Origin: Ramazzottius varieornatus
Taxonomy: Eukaryota > Animalia > Tardigrada
NCBI GenBank assembly: GCA_001949185.1
Contig: BDGG01000003.1
Span: forward strand, 3,269,158-3,333,157
Direction of reading: 5' to 3'
Length of the DNA stretch: 64,000 nucleotides
The first letter of the stretch is position 1, and each line of letters opens with the position of its first letter. The notes under the pieces were generated by a model. It saw nothing but the letters and a program-made list of their open reading frames with translations, was not told the origin of the DNA and made no database searches. Positions 20,294 through 32,880 of this stretch are shown one piece after another. Both the position numbers and the translations under genes were made by a program.

Positions 20294-22614
20294 ATGCGAG
20301 TGCTGAACGTCGCCGAGAAGAACGATGCAGCCAAGAACATCGCCCTCAACCTAACACGTAACCGTCCTCAGTATCGAGAAGGATTTTCCAAGTTCAACAA
20401 GATCTATGACTTTCAGTGCAATGTCTTCGGTCAGCAATGCGACATGATCATGACGTCCGTCAGCGGTCACATGATGGAGATCGATTTCCCCGGATCACAT
20501 CGCGCGTGGAACTCTTGCGACTTCGTCGAGCTCTTCACCGCTCCCATCGTCAAATCCGTTGGAAAGAACTACGAAGGCATCAAGCGAACTCTCGAAAGAG
20601 AGGCTCGAAACTGCCAGAAGTTGATCATATGGACGGATTGTGATCGAGAAGGCGAGAACATTGGCTTCGAGATCATCGAAACCTGTCGCGCTGTCAACCA
20701 CCGCTTGGACATCTGGAGGGCTCGCTTCTCGGAAATTACTCCTCACGCTGTGAATAACGCGCTAAAAGACCTACGTAGACCAGATGAAAATGTGTCCAAA
20801 GCTGTCGACTGTCGATCGGAACTGGACTTGAGGATAGGAGCGGCTTTCACAAGACTGATGACTACGAAGCTACAGGGAAGAATACCTGCGAACCTGGTTG
20901 GGCCTAATGGAGTTATCAGTTACGGGAGCTGTCAGTTTCCTACTCTAGGATTTGTTGTCGAACGATACAAAGAGGCAAAAGTCGTTATTGGATCTATCCC
21001 GGCCAAGTGCCAACTACTGTATAATCGAAAGCGGCAAAAAAAATCGACCAGAACGTTTCTCCAAGAGGCGCACGTTACCCGTGTTGTTGGCAGAAAGCGC
21101 GCACCACCTGGAGAAGCGATCTTGTCGAGTTGGTCCGCCTGAATCGCATTTCATCTCGCCCAGTCATAAGCCCTGGTTTTTTACTCTTGTTTGTTTGAAA
21201 GGTCCATCGATTCATTCGTGAGCCTTTCTGGAAACTCAAAGTCCTTTACGAAGTCCGATCTCCCGAAACATTCCGCGTGGAGTTTCGATGGGACAGAATT
21301 CGGTTGTTCGAGCAACTAGCCTGTGAGATCCTTCTTGACATCTGCCAAGAGAGACCTGAAGCCACGGTGATAAGCCTCACCCAGAAACCAAAGAGCAAAT
21401 GGCGTCCATTGCCTATGGACACTGTGGAGATGGAAAAGCTGTCTTCAAGGTTACTTCGCATTTCAGCCAAAGAAACCATGAAGATCGCAGAGAAGCTGTA
21501 TAGCCAGGGTTTCATCAGCTATCCTCGTACAGAAACCAACATATTTCCGAAGAACCTCGATCTGGTGCAGCTGATCGAGCAACAGGTGAACGACAACCAG
21601 TGGGGACACTTCGCACAGGGTGTTCTTGCTCGAGGACCCAACCCACGTGTAGGAAAGAAGAGCGATCAGGCTCATCCTCCAATCCACCCACTAAAAGCCG
21701 CACCAAATATCGCAGGTACTTTCTGTTGACGATCCCTTCTTACTACTTAGTCGAAAAAAAGTACGGTAATGGTTCATATTGCAGGAAACGAGAAACGAGT
21801 TTATGAGCTGATAGTCAGACAGTTCCTGGCGACCTGCAGTGATGATGCACGAGGACAAGAAACCACGCTCAAGATCAACATTGCTGACGAGATCTTCACC
21901 GCGGACGGACTGGTAGTAACCGAAAGAAACTACCTCGAAGTATATCCTTATGATCGGTGGGAAACCAAAACTATTCCTAATCTGCCAGTCGGGTACAAGT
22001 TCATGCCCTGCAAGATCGAGATGGTCGGAGGTAAGCATAATTGGGGACCTTGGCAAATGAATTTTGCACGATCGTTATCCAAAGTGGCACACATTTGCAT
22101 TGTTGATAGCGGAAAGTGTGCGCCGTTCTGGAAGCGGATTATATTTGAAGTCATTTGCCGAGGTTCCATTTGCTCCAGCTTGTATCTGAATAGCGGCTCT
22201 TACTAATGCTAGCCTGTTTGGATGATCGCAGGAGAGACTTCGCCTCCTCCCCTGCTTACCGAAGCCGACCTCATCTCCCTCATGGAGAAACATGGCATTG
22301 GGACGGACGCGACGCATGCCGAGCACATCCAGACGATTCAGGACCGGAAGTACGCTGGGCTGAACGAGAGGCATTTCATGCCGGGCAGGTTAGGCATGGG
22401 GTTGGTCGACGGGTATGATGAAATTAACTTCGGTATGTCGAAACCATACCTTCGGGCTCAGCTCGAAGCTGGTCTGAAAGATATCTGCGAGGGGAGAAGG
22501 AACAAGGATGACGTTCTCAGAGAACAAATTACAGAGTATAGACGAATTTTTGTACAAGCACACGGACAGTTTCAGAAATTAATCGATGCTTTGACGCATT
22601 ATACTCAAGCGTAA
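20294..22614 (+). CDS. TOP3A: DNA topoisomerase III alpha (core only)
   Basis: VAEKNDAAK, TSVSGH, WTDCDREGENIG, ISYGSCQFPTLGFVV, catalytic ISYPRTET, AHPPIHP and GIGTDAT, in four exons. Confidence 0.95.
21043..21130. repeat. Family A copy 4 (TOP3A intron 1)
   Basis: TCGACCAGAACGTTTCTCCAAGAGGCGCAC-N25-GCGCACCACCTGGAGAAGCGATCTTGTCGA. Confidence 0.8.
22044..22167. repeat. Family A copy 5 (TOP3A intron 3)
   Basis: GGGACCTTGGCAAATGA...AAGTGGCACAC-N25-GTGCGCCGTT...TCATTTGCCGAGGTTCC. Confidence 0.85.
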
Positions 22615-23012
22615 CCCTTAGATTGTCGGATGGTAGTCCCATTTTGAATTCGAATCTTAGTGTGAAGCCCAGAGTTCCAAAGACTGCGTTTCTCGTACGA
22701 TGTCGAATCAAGGGATCTTCTCGAAAACATCGACAATAAATTCAAACAGCAAACACGAGGTAATGTCGTAAGATATACTCGTACCGAAAGAAACTGGGCC
22801 CAAAAAAACTTAAAATCGGTGCTCGGAGTTATGCAGAACTTAACGTGCGAGGCGCGAGAGGAAAGTCCTAAACAGCAGTCTATAAAAAGCAGTCGTCGAT
22901 GGAAGGAAACGCGTAGATTACCAGAGAAAAGCTTCGCATCGGAGAAAAGCTGAGAGCGGGCTGGTAAACCGACGCACTGTATCTGTCGTAAGACGAGTTC
23001 TCCGGGTCCGCA

Positions 23013-24794
23013 TTAACGCTCTTTATGAAGCAGTCTCTGCGGTTTGCCAAAGTCCTGTGAGCGAATACAGTGGTTAAGTTTTCGAATGTATAAAAATGTG
23101 TGCGGAACTGACATGGAATTCCATCATCACTTCGATCTTCTGGTCCCGCAATGCTTTGATAATTCTTCTGGCGATCGGTCTGTTGCTTGTTTCGTCCGTG
23201 GTCGACGTCCAAACCTGCAGGCGTACGTCGTCCATCCCGCGAGTCTGTGCCACCATTCCGTTAACGATCTCACTGCAGTTTCCGAACTGCTCGCCAATTA
23301 GCAGCATGAGCTGGAAAGAAAACCAAATATGAGCTAGTCCTAGTTTATCAAGGAGACGGGCTTCGCGAAACACAGAGAGCTCATCGCAAGAAAGCCGCAG
23401 AATTTAGACTTACAACTTCTTTGTAGGCTGCATCGAAGTTGATGTCTTTCGGGTTCTGAAGGAAGACTACCTTCCAACATCCTCCTTGCTTGTTTCTGGG
23501 ATTTTCCCATTCCGGTCGAACTTGGTTTTCGTCCACCCATCGAAACCAGGAAAGATCACTTCTCATCTTCAGGTTTGTTGGTGGAGTCAGATGGTTGAAA
23601 ACACTGCAAAATACGCCTCACTCTCAAACAACAAGCACTAAATCTCAGGTTTGTCACTGTACTCAGTGTACTGCAATTGTTCAAGCAAACCTCCAAAATT
23701 CTTCGACGGAACGGAAGGTATGAACCTCTTTGACAGCCAGTTTCCACATGTGCTTCGGCACATCCGGGTCCGTGTAGTAGCATGTCCAAAACGTCTCCAG
23801 CGGATGTGGGCCTTGAGGCGTATTCTGATCGCCCTCGCTTCTGCTAGAGTCAGAAGGTACGACCGGAATCTGTTGAAACGGACCGGGACGTGGGTTCAGA
23901 ACGGTGTTAGCAGGTACTAAACCGCTGTGCGCTGCTTTCGCGACTACCGTCTGTTCAGTCGAACGGGAAGAACTTTGGCTGGAGACCAGGATGTCCGCGA
24001 TCATTTCAGAAGTTTGAGTCTTTTCGGGCTCAGTCAGCTGCGCCGGTAGGGCTGGAGGGTGTCGAAGTACTTCCTGCTGCTGGCTTTCGTCTTGCGTGGC
24101 GTTCAGGGGGCTCTTGGAAGCTTTCTCGGCTGAGCCTTGCTCCTCAGGTAGCATGACAGGGCTCTGCGAAAACCAAAAGCATGTATTTTCAACAACACGC
24201 AAAAAACATTCACTTCACGGAATTTAAGACTTTCCTACCTCGGTCACTTGTATGACCTCTTTTTGCTGGTTCTGTCCGGATCCTCGCCTGTTCTGTCTTC
24301 TGGTTCCTTTCCTACCCATGATGAAGGAGTCGAGTCAGGATTGGTGTGAATCCCCAAAGCAACAGTTTAGCAACTCACGCAGCGATTGTAAGTGGCACTG
24401 ACCCACTGTACATACCGGAAAGGCGAATGTTCTACAAGAAGGAAATTAAAAGCAAAACAATAACATTCCATCCAGGCTTTTCAGTTTTCTCCGGTAAAAT
24501 TTCACAAGGCTTCGGGCCAAGCAAGGTTACCCCTGGGCCAAGTAAGGATATGACTGGGGAATTCCTCGAAAAGTGCGAAATACCCCCGGACTGACAAGTT
24601 TGATCCGCCGCCACCTGAGTGCTCGACAGAATAGTGCCACGGTGGCAGTTGGCAGGTGGCCGCTGGTGGCGGTTCGTCGACCGGGTAGAGCGCTTATGCG
24701 CCGGACTGAAACCTAGAGGTCCCTGTCGAGAGCGTTGTTTACGTTCCGCAGTCGCCGCAGACTTTACGGAACTTTGTCCCGGTTCCACGACCAT
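23013..24794 (-). CDS. Divergent eIF4E-family cap-binding protein with long N-terminal extension
   Basis: HPLETFW, FRSVEEFW, RPEWENPRNKQGGCW, LLIGEQF, VNGMVAQTR and LQVWT. Ends are inferred. Confidence 0.82.
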
Positions 24795-25210
24795 TTTGTT
24801 TCTCTTTGTTCTCGGAATTTTGACCTATTGTTGATCATTTCAGACGAAGACGTCGGTGTTGAGTGACTTGTGGCTTCTCAGTGGATTAAACCTCGTTCAG
24901 CTTTTGCCATCCCGCAGAATTCATCGGCAAGTTGTTGTCGTGGCTCCTCGGAAACCGCGCGCGACTACTGTAGGGTGTGATCGTTCTTTAACACGTCGCT
25001 ACGAAGTACCAATACAAGTGAATAATACGCTTCTTCGTGCAGAGAAACCACTAAACTCTACTGCTTGCCGTCAGCGAGGAAACCTCCTCGATCGAGTGAC
25101 GGCTGCCTGTTGAAGGTCATGCGATAGGTTCGATTTCTGCTCCAGGCCAGTGATACCCCTTCCGAGACAGAATGGCCAGGAGATTCCACCAGGATCCGAA
25201 TAAACGTTGA

Positions 25211-27548
25211 ATGACGGATGAAAAGACCATACTCGATCCACCTGTTTCGCCCAAAACAACACCGCCCCTTCCGGTTGCTTCCCAAGTCACTATATCCGTT
25301 ATCGAGTTCGGTCCAAGTCGCGCTCCGCCACCTGCCAGTCCGGTAATCATTCCTCTATCTCATAACTTACCTCTACACGATGAATCTTTCAAGCAGTCAT
25401 TACCGGAAGGTAGCGTCAACATCGTCCTACCAGAACCCCGTACGTCGAAGCCACCGCTATTGCACCACAAAGTCTTCGGAGTACTCCGCAGCATATTACC
25501 GATCGTCAGACCACATAATCTCTATACTGCGCATAAAGGATCTCATGACGAACAAGGGAAAACTTCAGTTCAGCTGTCAAACAGTTCACCTGCTGGAACG
25601 GCCGGCGGAAGAGGGTCTACTGCTCATCGGGCCGGTCCAAAGAGCGGATGCTCGAACTATTGTAGAAATCAATCAAGGTCTTCGGTTTTCGCGTCGAAGA
25701 AAGCTACGAGGAAATGCTGCTTTTCTAAAAGATGTAAGCCGAAAGGCCAGCCGGCCGATACGGAGGACGAGAGAGACAACTTCGGACCGGCGGAGTCCTC
25801 GAAGAAAACTGCCCCTACCAATGGCGTCCGACTGGTTGACAAACCCTCTGGTCGCATCACTCGGAAACTGTTTTGTGTGGATGCAGAAACCGGTGCCTCA
25901 ATCTTGGATACGTGGTTATGGAAGTATGTAATGGGGGACGCTCCAGGTTTTTCGGCTTTCACCACCGCACAAAAGGGAAGGATTTGGTGGTATCCCCTGG
26001 TTTTCCTCGACTACTGTCGCGGAGCTGGCCGTTTGGTTCGCGTCAACAATCCCTGGTCCGGAGTGATCTTCATCATGGCGATGGGACTACAAGATGTCTA
26101 CCAGCTCATTTTCGGGGCACTAGGTCCGTGGTAGCCGTCCCAAAATACTTATGTATTTCATTCGATTGGCTTCCCATCCTGACCTTTTGGTATAGGTGCG
26201 GCTTCCGCTTCTGCCACTGCGTGGTGTCTCAATACGCCCACTATTCGTTATAAGAACGGCGCTATCTATTTCAATGGGTTCCTGCTAGGACTGTTCATCT
26301 GGAACAATGGGAACTACAACCCGCAAGAAGCAGCAGCTTGGTGGTGTATCGTTCCCGTCCTGTTCTTCGGTGTGATGAGCGCCTTTGTCAAGAATGCGTT
26401 GGATGGAGTATGCAACATGTACCGAGTACCCGTCAGTAGCTCTCCGTATGGTCTTCTGGTTCTTTGCTACTTGGGAAGCCAACTGTCGACGCCGCATCCA
26501 GCTTTCCCGGGTAACGGGGTCCCTATCCCGACGGGTCTCGATGTTCCTCTCGGCTACAGAGCGGAAACGGTAATGTAATAACTATCTATCGTTTCAGACA
26601 TGGGTAAAAGATTTAAACCAGACCATTTTCCTATGTGGCGCACAATTGCGGACAGTACCAATGAAAACACGCGCCACTTGAGACAACAATCTGGTTTACC
26701 CGCGTTTCGTTTTGTTGACTATTGACACTAATAAGATTTTTTCATCGCTACAGATAGTCCATGGGATCTTCTTCTCCATCAGCCAAGTTTTCTATTGCGG
26801 AAACTTTACTTCCGTGGTGCTGTGCTGGTGCGCCGTATTACTGAATTCTCCCCTCCACTGCTTCATGTTGATGTCGGGAGCTGCCATTGGCACGTACATT
26901 GCCACGTTGCTCGGAGTCCTTCCTCTGCAACTGTACACGGGGATGTGGAGCTTCAACTCCATGCTGACGATGTCTTATCTTGGTGGGCATTTCTGGGTGC
27001 TGAATGGTTGGGCTTTCCCTTTTTCTTGTGTGGCAGGTGCGTTACTTCCGATCCTACTCACGAAGAAGTTTACTCGATTCTGACGGAGCTTTTTTAATGT
27101 AGCTGCTTTTGCCACAATTCTGTGTGGGTTGCTCTACCACGTGCTGGGAAGTGTGAAACTTCCGTTCTGCGGTTTGCCTTTCTTTCTCTCCCTTTGCACG
27201 TTTCTTCTGGTCGCTTCCGGGACCGATATGAGCTTCTTCATCCACCGAGTACGATCGCCGACCTATCACGAACGACACCTGGTCGACTTCCTTAGACACA
27301 GGAGTAACAATCCGGCTCCTTCCTTGTATAGAGACAGGAAAAAGTTCCGGCTGCCAGGTACGATTTTCGCTCCCAATTTTAGAAGACGTCTTGTTAACTT
27401 ACTCGTCGTTTTTCCGCTTGCAGTGTTGTCTCTCATATTTGAGGGACAAACCACCCTGGACTCTGTAAGGGATGAAATCCGTCCTATGATAAAGAAAGAG
27501 GTCGAAAACGAAATACAGGAAAGCTCGCTGAAGAAGGCTGCGACCTGA
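25211..27548 (+). CDS. SLC14/UT-family urea transporter-like channel
   Basis: RG...VNNPWSG, FNG.LLG, SISQVF, GMWSFNS and LP.C.LPF motifs in a two-repeat multi-TM architecture, preceded by a ~230-aa low-complexity N-terminus. Confidence 0.85.
26615..26697. repeat. Family A copy 6 (urea transporter intron)
   Basis: AAACCAGA...GTGGCGCAC-N25-ACGCGCCAC...TCTGGTTT. Confidence 0.8.
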
Positions 27549-27990
27549 AGTCGCTGTTGAGAACTTCCGGTTGACAGTGCCGCGGCCCTGCTGGCGCAGT
27601 TTTCCTTCTTGTTAAATCTTCCGGTTGATTGTTGCACTTGGGGCTTCATTTATCGCGGCAAAATCTTTGTGGTTTTTCTTTACGAACTTGATTGTTGATT
27701 TCTCGCATTCCAATTTTTGTGTTGAATTAATTCTTTTTTGTTAATTCGATTAATTTATTCTTTTCTGATTCTGAAGTCTGATACTCTGATCTTCTCTCCA
27801 TCCACCATTCTTCTTCCCAGCTCGTCTTCTTACAGTGATACCGGACAAGGAAGCCTCGATCTATCTTGGGGAGCAATAGCGTTGGCTAGCAAGCAGGAGC
27901 GGGAACCGTTGGCCTGTTGCACAGTGGTCTATTTACTGTGTCTATTTTTGCTGTGATTTCCATCTGTGTTCCAGAATTCTGTTGGAAAAA

Positions 27991-28873
27991 ATGAGTCGAG
28001 ATGCGAAAACCATGAGTTTTGGTATTGCCAGCGATCCCGTTGGGACTGGAACGGATTCCACAGAGTCGTCGCCTTGGGTGAGTGAAGGAGATGGGAATGC
28101 GCAGTCTGACAACTTGAACGTCACGCTCTTCGATCCATGTCCCGAACCCGAAAGATTCCAGGTTCGCTCCTACGCCAAAAGATTGGAAACCTTTACAACT
28201 ATGAAGTGGAAGGCCTCACTATGCAAATCCAAGACTTGCAATCCAGAAAAGATGGCTGAAATCGGATGGTTCTGCACTGGAACGGATTCCGCGAAATGTT
28301 ATGCGTGCTTCAAGGTGTGATGATTGATTGACTTGATTGATGATTTACAGCATTTTCGACCCCATTGAACCAGTCGGAAATTCTGCCCATGCGTTAATCA
28401 TCCCCTCCCTCTGGTGCAGTGTGTGGTCTTTGCTGTGCGGGTATAATGTACGGACGTCTATCCACTCTATCGTTTCCAGACGAGTCAGTCGAAACCAGCC
28501 TTACTGCGCAGAAAACGATGCGGACGACTTCGTTTTTCTACCACGTGCTTGGTTTTTAGCTTCTAGAGACACTGGTTTGTGATTCTTTCAGGATCTTGAA
28601 GGTTGGGTAGCCAAAGATAATCCAAAGAAGGAGCATGAGGACCACTGCCCCAATTGCCCACTGGTCGTTCTGGGTATCGATCCCAGAGCGGAACTGACGA
28701 TTCGCCAGCAGCTTCAACTCAACACCAAGATTGAGTTCTACCGACTTCGGCTCATCCGAACACGAGAATGGGAAAAAGTACAAGAGAAAGAAGAAGCTCA
28801 GAAGAAAGTTCTGGTGGAGATGCAGAACAAGCTTAAGAAAGAACTGGAGTACGAGTACGGTCCCGATTTGTAA
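27991..28873 (+). CDS. BIRC5: Survivin-like single-BIR protein (2 exons; intron 28315-28591)
   Basis: RLETF..W...NPEKMAEIGW...CYACFK|DLEGW..KDNPKKEHEDHCPNC followed by ELT and a long charged helix. Exon 2 is missed by the ORF track. Confidence 0.85.
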
Positions 28874-29033
28874 GGCCTGAAAGAGCCTCTTTACAATTTT
28901 ACTCGTTCATGCTATGTATTGTTTCATCGCGCCATTTGTTATGTATTTTTCGACTTTCGCTAGTAGAAGCTAGGATTTGTTCGGCAGGAAATGTTGTTAT
29001 TGGGTACAAGCAAACCCTGATTCTGCTGTGTTT

Positions 29034-31914
29034 TTAGTCGAGCGTTGGTCCAAACTCGGCGATGACTTGGTCCGCTATGACTTTCACAGCCTCCCAGGTT
29101 TCTATACCCGACGGAATGATCTGCTCTGGGGGTAGAACAAAACCGTGCTTGCCTAATGATTGAAACAGAAGGTTATCCGAACGTTATCTAGTTACCGAGC
29201 GCGCAGCATTAATTCTGTGCAAGAGTTCCAGTTTCAAGAACCTTACGGTCCTTACCAGTGTCTCGCAACTCGGGCGTGTACGAATACTTCGTGAGACCCT
29301 TTGCCTTAGCCCAATCATGGGTGCCTCCTGTAAAAAATCCGTCCTTTTTACCTTGTCGCCCAGAAAAAAACGTCTCCCAATGGGAGACGGCGCGCGCTTG
29401 GGTCACACAGCAGTCGTCGATTGAGCGAAGAGTTTACCTGTGGCGTCGTCTGTCGAAGAAAACTCTTTCTAAATTATAAAATTCGTCATCACGACATCAC
29501 ACCATTTCAAAATACCACGTATGATACTTACATAGGATCTCGGAAGGACTTCCGACTTTGTACTTGGTCCCAAACTGCGATGTCAGCGCATTCACAGCTC
29601 GATGTGCAACGGCTTTCTGTGAGTAAGAGTGAGAGTAAATACGTTGTAACTTGGTTGTCACGCTAAACGACTGCCTTACCAGTTCGGCGATGTCGGGGGG
29701 AAATGTCTTGTCCCCGAAAGGCGTCAGCCAGTACTGGGAGTAGGAATGGAAGGAAAGCATGGCCTTTATCTGGCTTTGGCGTGCAAGGTAGGCCTCCGTC
29801 AGTACAAGGTTCTCCGTCTGCGGCAACGAGCAGATTTAGCAAATCTAAATTTCGGCTTTCAAAAGTTTATTGCACGTTCATAACTGAAGCGTGACGTACC
29901 TCGGAATAAGGATATGGTCCGGCGAACGTGTTGGAGCAAGGCTTTTGGTCCGCTCCGGCCACCATCCATCTGTGCATGGGTCGCCGTTTATATTTGTCAC
30001 GATTGAATAGACATATGTAGTTTGAGCTTTGTTGTACTCCACCTGTGGTCGTAATTGCGGTTAGGGTCCGCTCCAAGACAGTTTGAGTAAGGATTAACTT
30101 TCCGTGTAGTCCGCCACAATCGGTTCTATAAGAAATGCGCTGCCTAATGTTACTAATGTGTTGCCAGTAAATGCGGCCAGAAAAGTCAGCTGACGACTTT
30201 ATTACCTTTGTCTCGTTATGTGTCCAAGCAAAGCCGTCCGGGTTTACGACCTGCCAAGAAAGTTAAAAACAAATATCGTGAAGCGGAAGACAAAAGCCAA
30301 GATCAAACGAACAGCCTTCAGAATTCCGGAACGAACCATACCGGCAATATATACCAATCCAGCTGATTGACTAAGCCTTGTATCGTCTGATTGGTAGCAT
30401 ACTCGGTCACTAGCTTGTTCGTCCTACAAAACAGATCTGATATGCAAATCAGAAACCGGTATATGGAGAAACCACAGCACGTACATGTACGTCAATGTCG
30501 CACTGCTGATCCATTCCCTCGCGTGGATATCTGTAAAAGTTACATGAGTCCATAAACAGTAGGAAGGTGGGAAAAATCCGACTACAACCGACACCTACTT
30601 GCGTCCATCCAGAAGGCGGGCTTAGTCTTGCCATCGGCAGGAGGTTTCCCGATCTTCAGCAAGACGATGTCTCGACCCTCGTACGTTTGTCCAAGAACCG
30701 TCTTGGTCACCAAGCTCGGATAGTCACGAACCAGGAAGTCGACGAAGGACAGAATCTGTAACCAGGAAGTAGCCCTGTGTATTCTGATTTCATGACGATT
30801 CGACGTAATGTGACTTTGCTTTAATTCACCACTGGATAGTCATGGTACTCAGTCCATGAAATACCCCCGCTGCTAGTCGACCGAACATCCGAGCGTCTGG
30901 ACTCTTCGAGAATGGCCCTGTAGCCAAAGGTTTGTAAACGCACATAAAATTAAGTTCTGATAAATTCTTGGGGACTTACTTGTTCAGATCGGCGATGGTG
31001 ACTTCATACGGAATCTTTTCCGCATCGAAGGACTTGGTCATTTGCGCTTGGTGTTCCGGAGAGACCATGATCAAAACTGGCCCGACAGCTTCCGGGCTTA
31101 GTTGCCCAATATCCGACCATATTTCCACCTGTCAAAAAGCCCAAAACGAGATGAAATCCTATTATCATTATCGGAGATGGACCTCTTCTTTCTTCCCTCG
31201 CAGTCTTCGCAGCCACTGACCACGGGACAGTCGTCGGACCGCCTCCGAGCAAGAAGACTATTTCTGGCGGCACTGTATAAACAAATGTCTGGACTAGCTT
31301 CCTCACTTCTTTCCTCATTCGCGTAGGTTCCGTCGCTGCGTAATTTTGAGTTTCCCACCCACTCACTCCTTTATTTTGAATGGTAATTAGTGTCTCTCTT
31401 GTTGTTCCCTTTTCTTTTCTCGACCTGTTGTCGCGGAGGTTTGCAAACATACGCGTACACACGCACGTTTACCGTTGCTGTTACCAGCCTCATTCGGTAG
31501 TTTACTGCCACTGGTTTCGCAATAAACCTATGCCCCTCGAGTACTTCCACCTTCGGTAACCCTGCTCGCCACGCGTTAGGGTAGTACCAGGAATAATTGT
31601 GAGCTTTCGGTTCCAGTATAGAATATCGCAGAGTGAAGGGAGGGAACGATGGAAATCTTACCTCGTCAACGGGAACTTGTTCTTCGAGTTTGCTCTGCAG
31701 ATTGTTCAGAAAGTCGACGTGTTGCGGTGTTCGGGGTACTAGACGGTAGACTTTATACCTGGAAAACATTAACGTTTGTAGCTTATTAATTTTTGTATTG
31801 AACTCAGCAAAATTAGGGTGGACCTACATACCCTCGGAAGTCATCCTTGACTTCTCCTCGCGCTGCAGTCCAAGTAGCAGCTGCCACCAGGGCGACTAAC
31901 AGTTGCCAACGCAT
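29034..31914 (-). CDS. M14A zinc carboxypeptidase, paralog 1
   Basis: Signal peptide [18 protein letters not shown], propeptide YKVYRL, IHAREW, RLWRTTR, PNRNY, SFHSYSQ, GGTHDW and YTPELRD. Confidence 0.92.
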
Positions 31915-32880
31915 TACGCAGTTCACTTGCTGGTGGACATAGTTCCCCGCGACAGGAGGGGACTAACTAATGTTAAAAATGGTTTACTGCGAGAAGATGG
32001 CCGGACGATTTCTCATCGTAATTTTAGAACAGATCAAACTAATCTCAGAAGAGAACAATACTTTATCATTTTTGAGTGTCATGCGATACCGATAGTGCCA
32101 AGCAGCGACCTCGCTCGAGCTCCCTTCGGAAACTTGAAACCCATGTCGCACGCATAAACAATGCGCCGCACATGCATGCTTGTCGACCGTGGTACCCCGA
32201 GAACGGATTACTGTATTAAGAAGAACCCTATCGGTGTATTTCCGGCGAACACTTCGCTAGCTGACCGCAGCAGGGTTCCGTGTCATGCGCCCTAGCTAGT
32301 CTTTAGCAAACCGACTGAGTACTCAGCATATCAGGGTTATCCTACCCCTACACTATTATAAGCCGAAAAAGACTTCTGACGAGGTTGTGGACTGTTTAAG
32401 AAGGAATTTTGGAACAAAAGCTGCAATAACATGGGACCAGTTTATATTGTTTCAGAAGAAATCTCAAACATGTTTACCCGCATAGCAATTCACATTTAGT
32501 CACATTCAAACTATTTAGAACTTCGCTTATGACTTTGGCAACGAAAGTTCAGTAGACCACCCAAGATCCGCCGAAGGTATCAATTTTAGATCTAGCAGTT
32601 CTGAACTTTTGAAACACCTTCTGCACAAGGTTCATGAAAAGCCTGCTCAAACCAAAACGAAATGCACGACTGACGGGGCCAACCTTGTTCTTATAATTAT
32701 AATGGTTAGATCACTTTGATAGCACACCGTGCCTTGTGTAAAGCGGAAAATCTGAACAAACCGTGAAATTTGAAAAAATTAATAGTGACGTGTGCCGGTC
32801 GACAGTACTCGTACTCGTCAAAACTTGCTCAACATTGATTAGTCCGAAAGTGACAAAACGAGTATGCTAGCTTCGAAGAA

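Noticed and set aside
28315-28400. TGATGA boxes in the survivin intron as a C/D snoRNA
   Set aside because: No matching D box or terminal stem; it looks like a TGAT microsatellite.
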